Shown: positions 19,087-27,417, counted from the stretch's first letter. The stretch is DNA of 64,000 bases from Eubacteriales bacterium (GCA_031546905.1 JAVBJQ010000006.1:94673-158672); one strand, 5' to 3'. Translations and numbers: made by a program. The notes: generated by a model not told the origin, from the letters alone.

Positions 19087-20076
19087 ATGAGACTTTCTAT
19101 TAAAGACCTGTATAAACAAAAAGGAAAAGATATTCTCATTAGGGATATGAACTTAGAAATTAATGCTGGCGAAGGAATTAGTCTACATTCTGATATGGCC
19201 CATATAGAAGCTCTGTTCAGTTTACTTTCTAAGGTAGACATCCCATCTAACGGTACAATAGAAGGTGACTACATTGATGGACTACATTGGATTAGGTTAG
19301 ATGACGGAATATTTGATTTTATGACGGTAAAGCAATATTTAAAATTTTTTACAAAGCTTACGTTGAGTCAGGTGTCTGTTAACGATACTTGTTTAAATAT
19401 GTCGTTAAATGATGTGTCTTCAAGAAAAATCAAATTATTGTCCATTACACAAAAAATTCGTGTGCAGTTGGCAAGGGTTTTTTTATTAAGCCCTAAGTTA
19501 ATACTATTTGAAATCCCTCTTAACACGGAGGATTATATTCTAGATAAACTACTGCAAGTAAGCTTTGAATATCTTTATCAAAATGGTGTATCAATCATTT
19601 TTCATTCACAGCACATGGACAATCTAAAAACCATGGTTTACGATATTTATAAGTTAAACGGAGACGGATTTGTAAAGTATGCTCCTGAAATAGTTGAGCA
19701 TATTGTTTATATTGAGCAACCACAAGATGTTTTACCCAAAATAAATGTTTACAAAATACCTTGTAAAGCCGAGGGTAAAGTTATTTTATTTAATCCTTTT
19801 GAAATAGATTACATAGAAAGTATTGAGTCTACGTGTCACCTTCATGTACTTAGCAAAATATACCCATCCCATCTTACAATATCTGAATTGGAAACAAGAC
19901 TCACACCTTATGGATTTTTTCGTTGCCATAGATCATATATAGTCAACCTCCAAAGCGTTCAGGAAGTGATAACCTATTCAAAAAGTAGTGTTGTCCTTGC
20001 TATAAAAAACAATACGGATCAAGTCCCTCTTTCCCGTTCTAAAATGGATGAGTTTAAAAAAATAATGGATATATAA
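19087..20076 (+). CDS. degenerate ABC-ATPase-like domain fused to a LytTR DNA-binding domain
   Basis: The C-terminus is LytTR (FFRCHRSYIVNLQSV...VPLSRSK). The N-terminal ~200 aa keep ABC NBD order but with degraded motifs: Walker A GEGISLHSDMAH, signature LSITQKIRVQLAR, Walker B LILFEIP, H-loop FHSQH. Confidence 0.75.
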   Translation: MRLSIKDLYKQKGKDILIRDMNLEINAGEGISLHSDMAHIEALFSLLSKVDIPSNGTIEGDYIDGLHWIRLDDGIFDFMTVKQYLKFFTKLTLSQVSVNDTCLNMSLNDVSSRKIKLLSITQKIRVQLARVFLLSPKLILFEIPLNTEDYILDKLLQVSFEYLYQNGVSIIFHSQHMDNLKTMVYDIYKLNGDGFVKYAPEIVEHIVYIEQPQDVLPKINVYKIPCKAEGKVILFNPFEIDYIESIESTCHLHVLSKIYPSHLTISELETRLTPYGFFRCHRSYIVNLQSVQEVITYSKSSVVLAIKNNTDQVPLSRSKMDEFKKIMDI

Positions 20077-20121
20077 GTACTTCCTTAAATTTGAAAAGGA
20101 GCAACTTAGGTTTTATTTGGA

Positions 20122-20151
20122 ACACCTCAGTTCAAATCTGGAACAACTCAG
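20122..20151 (+). promoter_or_regulatory. LytTR-type operator: two 9-bp direct repeats with a 12-bp spacer
   Basis: ACACCTCAG (20122-20130) and ACAACTCAG (20143-20151), giving a 21-bp period. The extended repeat TGGAACAnCTCAG matches 12/13. It resembles the ComE box aCAnTTcaG. Confidence 0.5.
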
Positions 20152-20327
20152 CCCAACCTTGAAGCAAATTAAATGATTAGCTCACAGAGTACTCTGCTTT
20201 TACGTAGACACTGGGGTAAATATACCCGCAAAAAAACAGGACTGAGTCGCAACTGGGTATGGAAAAGGTTCATTTCGGCCCTTTTTTGTTGTATTCCGCA
20301 TACGCCGTAGTTATACTGTGATTATAA

Positions 20328-20477
20328 GTTTTGAAGAACGGTGGGAGGTGTCATATTCCTGAAAGTGCTGATATGGTGGCAGACTTAATTAGAAATGAAA
20401 ATTTGGCTTCTATTCACTCAACGGAGCCGAGTCTCGAAGAGGTGTTCCTATCGATAACGGGGAGGTCCTTAGAATGA
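20328..20477 (+). pseudogene. 3' remnant of an ABC transporter ATP-binding protein gene
   Basis: The frame is open only from 20328 and encodes ...ADLIRNENLASIHSTEPSLEEVFLSITGRSLE*, the typical C-terminus of ABC-2 type ATPases. The TGA overlaps the permease ATG (ATGA). No Walker or signature region lies upstream. Confidence 0.6.
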
Positions 20478-21181
20478 AAGTTTCTTTACGAAAAGTAAAA
20501 GCAATAGTTTTTAAGCAGCTTCAAGTTAGCATTAAAAATCTTAATATTTTATCATTAATACTATTTACTCCGTTGTTTTGCCTTCTTATGGTTTTGTTTC
20601 TTCCTTTTAAGGTTGAATCACCAAAGATATTTGTTTTGGCTTTAGGTTCGATTATGAATATTATGATGGCAGGTAGTATGATGGTGTGTTATGTAATGGC
20701 CGAAGATAAGGAAAAAAATACACTTAGGTTGCTAATGACCTCTACTGTGACACCAATGGAATACTTGCTGGGAACCGGGTTTGCATCATTTATTGCCACA
20801 ATGCTGATTAGTCTCTTGCTTATAGTTATTACGGGAGCTAAGGTGGGTATCTTGGGTTATATAGCTATTACTGCCTTTACTGGTATCATAGGAATTGTTG
20901 TAGGCGCAGTCATAGGTATCTTGAGTAAAGATCAGTTGAGTGCTTCGATGATAGGTGTACCATTTTTAATGTTATTCCTCCTACTACCTATTCTTGCTTC
21001 ATTTAATAAAGGGGTAATGGCCATCTCTAACTTTGTTTTTTCACAGCAACTTTATAGTAATGTGACTATGAGTCCAGATAATTCAATAACATTAACAAGT
21101 GCAATTATATTAACGTTAAACTTAGTTGTTGCTATAGGGTTGTTCGTGTTTATTTACCAAAAAAGAAAATTAGATAAGTAA
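20474..21181 (+). CDS. ABC-2 type transporter permease (6 TM)
   Basis: 235 aa with six hydrophobic segments, translationally coupled to the ATPase remnant. Confidence 0.75.
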   Translation: MKVSLRKVKAIVFKQLQVSIKNLNILSLILFTPLFCLLMVLFLPFKVESPKIFVLALGSIMNIMMAGSMMVCYVMAEDKEKNTLRLLMTSTVTPMEYLLGTGFASFIATMLISLLLIVITGAKVGILGYIAITAFTGIIGIVVGAVIGILSKDQLSASMIGVPFLMLFLLLPILASFNKGVMAISNFVFSQQLYSNVTMSPDNSITLTSAIILTLNLVVAIGLFVFIYQKRKLDK

Positions 21182-21211
21182 TTTGTTCATTTAAAGCTGG
21201 AGTTGATTACT

Positions 21212-21577
21212 ATGTTTCAAAATGACTATTTGTTACGCCAAATTGAGACAATGGCGAAAGCTTTGGCGTCAACACTATTAAATAAAAGTTTTATCAACGA
21301 AGATGGACAAGAAAATGATAATATTATCATTAATGAGGAAGATTTCATTGAGTATATATTTAATAAATTGATTGCAGAAGAAAAGATCAATGAGGCTGAA
21401 AATATGCTCTATGATAAAATACTTACTGTCAAGAGTGAAAAGAATCTTAACCTAGCTTTATTGTTTTATAGTAACCTAAGTAGGCAAGATGATGAAAGAT
21501 TAATAAAACTTAATTTCACACGAGAAGAAATAGCCCAAGGTTTACAGGAAATAGAAGAAATGATAAGAACGCTATGA
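21212..21577 (+). CDS. small soluble protein of unknown function (DUF6483-like)
   Basis: MFQNDYLLRQIETMAKAL...INEAENML...FYSNL...REEIAQGL resembles a family I recall as DUF6483. The ATG at 21212 lies behind GGAG. Confidence 0.4.
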   Translation: MFQNDYLLRQIETMAKALASTLLNKSFINEDGQENDNIIINEEDFIEYIFNKLIAEEKINEAENMLYDKILTVKSEKNLNLALLFYSNLSRQDDERLIKLNFTREEIAQGLQEIEEMIRTL

Positions 21578-21723
21578 TTTTGTTCAAAACCATTGAATAC
21601 TTAAATTATTCAACAAGATATGTAGGATATTAACTAACACTAAAGTAAAGGGGGGTCGCCACTCAGATTTAAAGTGGGGGTAAAGGTGTTGCAGTTCTTT
21701 GCTGTTTTTACCAAGAAGGCCAA

Positions 21724-21782
21724 AAAATAGTGCCTATAGAATAAACACTTTTTTCTTGTGTTTATTCTATAGGCACTATTTT
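21724..21782. terminator. 25-bp perfect hairpin between convergent genes
   Basis: 21724-21748 (AAAATAGTGCCTATAGAATAAACAC) is the exact reverse complement of 21758-21782, with a 9-nt T-rich loop. Confidence 0.7.
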
Positions 21783-21833
21783 AGCCGACAAGTTGCTCTT
21801 TTATGAATTAACAATAGAATCCAAAGGGAATAA

Positions 21834-22922
21834 TCATGGGTGTTTATCCTTGGGTGGTAAAGAATCAACTCCCATGACTTTTATACTACTAATACCACTT
21901 TTCATAATACATTTTCTTAAAAAAGGATTATACATAAATGGGGTTTTTAAAAATTTAAGCATAAGCTTTATGCTAGTGGGCAAAGATTTTATGCTATATT
22001 TGGATGCAGGCTTTTTTTCACAGGTATTTAATATGGTGGCCAATTCATATGCGCTGTTTAGTGCATAACTAATTCCTTCCAGTGAAGAGGGGCTAATATA
22101 TCCCCCTGCTTCCCCTACCAAAAAGGCGTTATCTTTGCCGGCACAAAAGTCACTTATTTTTTTGGGCATAGAAACCAAGCAAGCTTCTGTCTTGATAGGC
22201 TGGTCAAAAGAATAACCGCATTTGCTTAACTTTTTTTTCAGCAGTTCAAATTTTTCTTTTCCGTGCTTTCGGGGGAAGGCACCACCCAATATAAAAAAAC
22301 CGTCTTTGGAGATGCTCCAGCAATAGGAGTCTGTAATATCACTATCAAAAATACAGGAATAAAAGGGTGTTGGATGGAGTTCCGAAAACCACTGCTGTAT
22401 GCTAATGTATTGTTGAATTTTTTTATTGGGAAATAGAAGCTTCCTTACGATGGAGTTTGACCCATCTGCGCCTACTACCCGCTTTGCTTTTATAATATGT
22501 TCCACTTGATTGGCAACATAAGTAATTTCATAGATGTCCGCCACCTTACGAATATTGGTGCATACCCCATTATCGATTATTTCAACCCCTTTGGGAATAA
22601 GGGATTTAAGCCACAAATCGAACTTATGGCGGTCAAGATTAACGTAATGTCTTTGATAAAATCGCAAAAGGTTTTGTTTCGTATCAATGGTTTTAACAGC
22701 AAAAATTTGGGGATCTGCCAGCACCTGCTTTGGTAGCGTTAAGTTGAACTTTGACAATGCCTTTTGTGCATCGGAAGCAAGCAGTCCACCGCAAGGTTTT
22801 TGAAATCCGTTGCTGTCAGCGGTGCTTTTTTTATCAATAGCGATAATACTAAATTTCTCGCTTAGCATCCGAGCAATTGTTGACCCAGCAGGGCCAAGTC
22901 CAATGATTGCAATGTCATACAA
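21834..22922 (-). CDS. FAD-dependent oxidoreductase (geranylgeranyl-reductase-like family)
   Basis: N-terminal MYDIAIIGLGPAGSTIA dinucleotide fold, GADGSNS and GEAGG motifs. RBS AAGGAGGTG. Confidence 0.8.
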   Translation of the reverse strand: MYDIAIIGLGPAGSTIARMLSEKFSIIAIDKKSTADSNGFQKPCGGLLASDAQKALSKFNLTLPKQVLADPQIFAVKTIDTKQNLLRFYQRHYVNLDRHKFDLWLKSLIPKGVEIIDNGVCTNIRKVADIYEITYVANQVEHIIKAKRVVGADGSNSIVRKLLFPNKKIQQYISIQQWFSELHPTPFYSCIFDSDITDSYCWSISKDGFFILGGAFPRKHGKEKFELLKKKLSKCGYSFDQPIKTEACLVSMPKKISDFCAGKDNAFLVGEAGGYISPSSLEGISYALNSAYELATILNTCEKKPASKYSIKSLPTSIKLMLKFLKTPFMYNPFLRKCIMKSGISSIKVMGVDSLPPKDKHP

Positions 22923-22951
22923 AATATCACCTCCTTATAACAGTAAAAAAA

Positions 22952-23173
22952 TTAGTCTTGCTTCTCGATTACAATGTAGGCTTGCCCAGTAGAGATATTA
23001 TCGCCCATGGGGCAAGCTGAAATGTGTTTGACGGTCCAGCCATTTTCTAAATATTCATTTACAGTTTGTAACCCATTGTTTTCTTTTGCGCCAATGGAGG
23101 CTCTATTACTTTGAACCCATAATACTTTTTCCATAAACCTATCCCTGCTTTCGTGTAATATTCTATTCCTCAA
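22952..23173 (-). CDS. small hypothetical protein (DUF4177-like?)
   Basis: 60-73 aa depending on the start (TTG 23173 or ATG 23134). It sits in an operon position between two genes with gaps of 29 and 36 nt. Confidence 0.35.
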   Translation of the reverse strand: MRNRILHESRDRFMEKVLWVQSNRASIGAKENNGLQTVNEYLENGWTVKHISACPMGDNISTGQAYIVIEKQD

Positions 23174-23209
23174 ACTCCAAATAAATAAGTAGCTTTGTTT
23201 GGAATGTTA

Positions 23210-24496
23210 CTAGATTTCTAATTTTAATTGATTCCATGGGCTATACGGATTTTGATAGACATAGCAACAAGCTTTTAGGGCGTCCGTATAAGCTGATTTA
23301 TTCCAGTTGTAAACACCTACTAAATAGCTTTCTACAAAATCATCATAATTTTTAAAGCAAGTTATAAAATAATCATAGGACTTATCTAACAGTTGGTGTA
23401 CCTCATCTATGTTTGTTATATAATCACTGGCAAAGCCATTCTTCACTAGATTTACATATCTTGCAATATTGAAGCCAACCAATGTCTTGACATTTGGATA
23501 TAAATGTTTTAAATCATTTAGTTGATTCATATTAAAATGATGATTCCTTGTATGTAAAAGGGATTCTAAATGGTAAATTAAATCTCTTTTCGATTGTATG
23601 CCCCAATCGTTTAAAAGCATATCCTTTGCAGCTTTTTTTAATTCATTGCGGACTAATTTGGGACTACGACTTGCTAAATCATCTAAACTATAAAAAATTT
23701 CAGTTTGAAAAGAGCGCATATTGTGTTGATACGGTAGTAAATCTTTGGTACGACAGTAAATATCATAAGCACTTTCAGAAAAAACATATCTAGCACCACA
23801 GCCCAGCATAAAAATATATTTTTTATCAGCGGGAGTACATTCTAACTGAAGGCGATGATACTCCTGTATATCAAATTTCAAAGTAGACTTACCCCCGCTT
23901 GCTCTAGCTTCTGCTAAGGTTATTTCTGGAAGTTGATGAAGGGGCATGGTCAAATACTTTGCATATAAGTAAAAAGTTTCTGGATTTTTTTTATAAAGCA
24001 AATCTAATTTTTCACCTAAATAGTGCTTGAAAATACAAGTTTCAAAAACAGCATAGCTAAAATCGTATATTTTTTCTCTTTCTGCTTCATTTTTCCCAAA
24101 GTTAATTGAATAGTAATGTCCTTCATAGTCACAGTACACAAGTTTGTTTTTTATACCCATCATACTATAGGTAGTCGTTTTATAAACCCAAACTATTTTC
24201 CATGTATCGTCCATGATATTTAATATTTTTTTAAAATTGTAAAATTCTCTAACGTCACCTAGTCCTCCGCTTTTGACAAAAAAACCTAAAAATAAAGCAA
24301 TGGAAAATCCTCCAATTTTTAAATATAAATCAACCAGTGTTCCACCAACCATTGCAACGTAAATAAATAAACTTAGAAAGATAACACCTACTATAAACAA
24401 AATCGTAGATATACCTAACACAATGATAAAAAACTTATTTTTCTTTGAGACATAATGATTAAATTCCATTTTCAAATAATTTAACTCTGGATTCAT
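23210..24496 (-). CDS. membrane protein with C-terminal DUF1266-like domain
   Basis: Two to three N-terminal TM helices. The C-terminal pattern WGIQSKRDLIYHLESLL...ARYVNLVKNGFASDYI...ESYLVGVYNW resembles DUF1266. RBS AAGAGG. Confidence 0.45.
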   Translation of the reverse strand: MNPELNYLKMEFNHYVSKKNKFFIIVLGISTILFIVGVIFLSLFIYVAMVGGTLVDLYLKIGGFSIALFLGFFVKSGGLGDVREFYNFKKILNIMDDTWKIVWVYKTTTYSMMGIKNKLVYCDYEGHYYSINFGKNEAEREKIYDFSYAVFETCIFKHYLGEKLDLLYKKNPETFYLYAKYLTMPLHQLPEITLAEARASGGKSTLKFDIQEYHRLQLECTPADKKYIFMLGCGARYVFSESAYDIYCRTKDLLPYQHNMRSFQTEIFYSLDDLASRSPKLVRNELKKAAKDMLLNDWGIQSKRDLIYHLESLLHTRNHHFNMNQLNDLKHLYPNVKTLVGFNIARYVNLVKNGFASDYITNIDEVHQLLDKSYDYFITCFKNYDDFVESYLVGVYNWNKSAYTDALKACCYVYQNPYSPWNQLKLEI

Positions 24497-24642
24497 TTTT
24501 ACCTCTTTTCTTTGATGATTAATAGTGTAATAATTGGGTTTTGGGAAACATTTTTCTTAGGGTATTCTTGATATCAAATAATGTAGTATACGATGCGAAG
24601 CTCCTTAATAAGTATTATATAAAATTTCTACTATACTTCATC

Positions 24643-24745
24643 AATAAATTATATCACGGAGAGCTTTTGTTTTCTATCATAAAAATGACAATAAAACAAC
24701 ATAGCTAAATTACATAACTACGTCGTCTTGGTGAAATATTAATGA
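24643..24745. repeat. intergenic repeat family A, copy 1
   Basis: 24664-24745 aligns without gaps to 27336-27417 (70/82 identical). 24643-24684 aligns to 36512-36553 (36/42 identical). It carries TGATATAAT on the minus strand (24656-24648). Confidence 0.8.
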
Positions 24746-24807
24746 TGACATCTAAACTCCAGCTTTTTGCTTTTTTGTAGTTAGCCTGTAAACCGCCAGC
24801 AAAAAAG

Positions 24808-25563
24808 TTACTGATACACATGTAAAATGGCGGCGCTTACAAACTCTGCAAGCCCGGGTGTTTTTTTGTCCAATTCTTTTTTATAATTCAAGTACACCTG
24901 TCCGATTTCACGAAAATCTGTATCATCCTTGGGAATAACGATGTTTATTAATTCACGATAAACAGCAACCGACTCTTTTGCTGCTAAACTTTTTGGGCCG
25001 TCCTTCATGGCTTCACGAAACTTTTGTATGACCTCCGAACAAAGCGTAATGAGATTACCCAAATCTACGTTCATTATATTGGAGGCCTTTCCAACAACCG
25101 AGGAATTGTCTGGGAATATGCCACTTTTCACCAAGGGAAGAAAAAAACTGCTTTCAAATAACTCACGGATTTCATTTGCATATGTTTTCATTGCTACTTC
25201 AATTCTATTTCTATCAAAATCCCTAAGCATAGAAATATCAAACTCATCATTCAATATACGGTCAACAGACAGTATCATCTTTTGTAGTTGGGATTGTTTT
25301 TCCAAAAGCATTTGTTTATGCTGACGCATTACTTCTTTTTCCATTTCTTTTGAATTATCAAGCAACAACCGAATATCGTCTAAGGAAATGCCAAGCTCTT
25401 TATAAAATAAAATGCTCCATAATCGGCGCAAGCTCTCGTCATTATACTGGCGGTAGCCCGATTCTTTCACTAAGCTGGGGGGCAATAATCCGATTTGATC
25501 ATAATATTGTAAGGTGCGGCGACTTACGCCGGAGAGCTTACTTACTTCATTTACACTTTTCAT
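24808..25563 (-). CDS. MerR-family regulator with a long C-terminal effector domain (TipA-like)
   Basis: MKSVNEVSKLSGVSRRTLQYYDQIGLL HTH, 251 aa, divergent from an MFS efflux gene. Confidence 0.85.
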   Translation of the reverse strand: MKSVNEVSKLSGVSRRTLQYYDQIGLLPPSLVKESGYRQYNDESLRRLWSILFYKELGISLDDIRLLLDNSKEMEKEVMRQHKQMLLEKQSQLQKMILSVDRILNDEFDISMLRDFDRNRIEVAMKTYANEIRELFESSFFLPLVKSGIFPDNSSVVGKASNIMNVDLGNLITLCSEVIQKFREAMKDGPKSLAAKESVAVYRELINIVIPKDDTDFREIGQVYLNYKKELDKKTPGLAEFVSAAILHVYQ

Positions 25564-25615
25564 TTTCTCGACCTCTTTTCATATTAGTAAGCTAAAAATA
25601 TTTTTTAAAAGGTGG

Positions 25616-25646
25616 TTGACTCGAACGTAACGTAATAGTCTATGCT
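25616..25646 (+). promoter_or_regulatory. MerR-type promoter of the MFS gene (19-nt spacer with internal dyad)
   Basis: TTGACT (25616-25621), the 19-nt spacer CGAACGTAACGTAATAGTC containing ACGT-A-ACGT, then TATGCT (25641-25646). Confidence 0.6.
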
Positions 25647-25727
25647 TTTATTATAAACAAAGGGTGACGTTTTGTAAAGCAAAAAACAATGAACAAAGAC
25701 GCCACATCTTATGAGGAGGATTTATTT

Positions 25728-27149
25728 ATGATAAATAAGAATGAAAAAACTCCAGAAATTGAGCCAATTCCAAAGAGCATCATGAACATTGCTTGGATTT
25801 TAGTGCTTGGAGCAATTATGCCACTACTTGATTCAACCATGGTCAACATTGCCATCAAGCATTTAAGCAATGATTTTAGTATCGGACTTGATTTAATTCA
25901 ATGGGTAATTACGGGTTACGTGTTATCCATGGCAATTACAGTGCCACTTGTTGGTTGGGCGGTTCAACGGTTCAATGGTAAATGGTTAATGATTGGTGCA
26001 AACGTATTATTTTTAGCTGCCTCCATTACTTTGGGATTTAGCTGGAGTATTACTTCATTAATTTTTTTCCGCATTGTTCAAGGCTTCGGTGCCGGATTTA
26101 TTATGACATTGGTGACTACTTTGAGTATTGAAATTGCTGGAAGAGATAGAATGGGACGTATGATGTCCACCGTTGGTATCCCAATGATTCTTGGCCCAAT
26201 CCTTGGTCCAGTTATTGGGGCTGTAATTGTTCAATTCTTGTCATGGCGTTACATCTTTTTTGTCAACATTCCAATTGGTATTATTGCCATCACTTTGATG
26301 ATTTTGAAGTTGCCTAACTTTACGCCATCTAACAGTAAAGCTAAATTTGACTTTATCGGTATCATTTTATTGGGTGCTAGTTCAGCTACCTTGATTTATG
26401 GGATTACGAAAGCAGTGAAGCGTGCTACATTTAACAACGGCACGACTATTGGTTATGTTGTGGCTGGGATTACAATTTTAGCTATCTACATCATTTATGC
26501 AGCTATCAAAAAGGAACAAGCAATTCTCCCATTACATTTGTTTAAGTCGAAAAATTTCAGCGCTGCCATAGTGGGCTTGCTTCTTGCAGGGATTGCCACC
26601 AACGGTCCAATGTTGTTATTGCCTTTGTTTTTCCAAAACATTAAGGGATTCTCCGTTTTGAACACTGGCTTAATCTTGATTCCACAAGGTATTGGTATGT
26701 TGGTTGCTCGCCCCTTGATTGGTAAGCTAACTGATAAATTGGGTGCACGTAATGTTGTCTTAGTAAGTTTGACAGTAGCCGTCGTTGGAACGATTCCATT
26801 TGTATTCTTCAATGAGGCATCTTCCCTTATTATTGTAAGTGTTGTCTTGTTTATTCGTGGTATGGGGATAGGTGGTGTCACCATTCCAATGATGACGGAT
26901 GCGTACACGGGCATGGTCAAACAAGAAATTGCGCAAGCGAGTGTGGGAACTCGGCTGGTACAAAATATTGGTGGTGCGTTTGGTTCAGCAGTACTGGCAA
27001 CGGTTGTTAGCCTTTCCATCCAAGGTAAAACACCAACAATTCCCCTCATGACCACGGCTTACCACGCTGGTTTCATGTTAGCCTTAATTCTTAGCTTGGT
27101 ATTGATTATTCCAACTTTGTTTTTAACGAACAAGAAATTTAAAAAATAA
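25728..27149 (+). CDS. MFS drug:H+ antiporter, DHA2 (EmrB/QacA, 14-TMS) family
   Basis: About 473 aa with motif-rich N-terminus LDSTMVNIAI...GWAVQRFNGK. GAGGAGG RBS before the ATG at 25728. Visibly higher G+C than its flanks. Confidence 0.9.
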   Translation: MINKNEKTPEIEPIPKSIMNIAWILVLGAIMPLLDSTMVNIAIKHLSNDFSIGLDLIQWVITGYVLSMAITVPLVGWAVQRFNGKWLMIGANVLFLAASITLGFSWSITSLIFFRIVQGFGAGFIMTLVTTLSIEIAGRDRMGRMMSTVGIPMILGPILGPVIGAVIVQFLSWRYIFFVNIPIGIIAITLMILKLPNFTPSNSKAKFDFIGIILLGASSATLIYGITKAVKRATFNNGTTIGYVVAGITILAIYIIYAAIKKEQAILPLHLFKSKNFSAAIVGLLLAGIATNGPMLLLPLFFQNIKGFSVLNTGLILIPQGIGMLVARPLIGKLTDKLGARNVVLVSLTVAVVGTIPFVFFNEASSLIIVSVVLFIRGMGIGGVTIPMMTDAYTGMVKQEIAQASVGTRLVQNIGGAFGSAVLATVVSLSIQGKTPTIPLMTTAYHAGFMLALILSLVLIIPTLFLTNKKFKK

Positions 27150-27212
27150 TATATTTAAATGGTGGGCTTACTTTTTTTGAAGCTCATTCTCAAAAAAATA
27201 TTTTAAAAAAAT

Positions 27213-27255
27213 AAAGAGCATCTTGTTTAACATATAAGTTAACAAGGTGCTCTTT
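27213..27255. terminator. hairpin downstream of the MFS gene
   Basis: AAAGAGCATCTTGTTTAAC pairs with GTTAACAAGGTGCTCTTT (one wobble, one bulge). The T-run is better on the minus strand than on the plus strand. Confidence 0.45.
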
Positions 27256-27335
27256 CATTATAATATTAAATTTTATCGTATAACTTTTTTTATTTTTTTT
27301 ATTTTTTGTAAATCGTACAATATCTGCACCAAGAA

Positions 27336-27417
27336 CTTTTATTTTCTATAATAAGAAGGACAATAAAACAAGGTAGCTATTCTACATAACAACGTCGTCT
27401 TGGTGAAATAGGAATGA
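27336..27417. repeat. intergenic repeat family A, copy 2
   Basis: A direct repeat of 24664-24745, offset by exactly 2672 bp, 70/82 identical, no indels. Confidence 0.8.

Noticed and set aside
20091-20162. 23-codon TTG-initiated peptide (MKRSNLGFIWNTSVQIWNNSAQP) overlapping the LytTR direct repeats, considered as a pheromone precursor.
   Set aside because: It has no Shine-Dalgarno, a weak start codon and no double-glycine or AgrD-like features. The internal IWN(T/N)S repetition is simply the translated DNA repeat.
21640-21720. GC-richer patch (GGGGGGTCGCCACTCAGATTTAAAGTGGGGG...) after the DUF6483-like gene, considered as a small RNA or a third LytTR half-site (CCACTCAG).
   Set aside because: There is only a 5-bp stem (CCACT/AGTGG) and a single partial repeat match, which is insufficient evidence for either.
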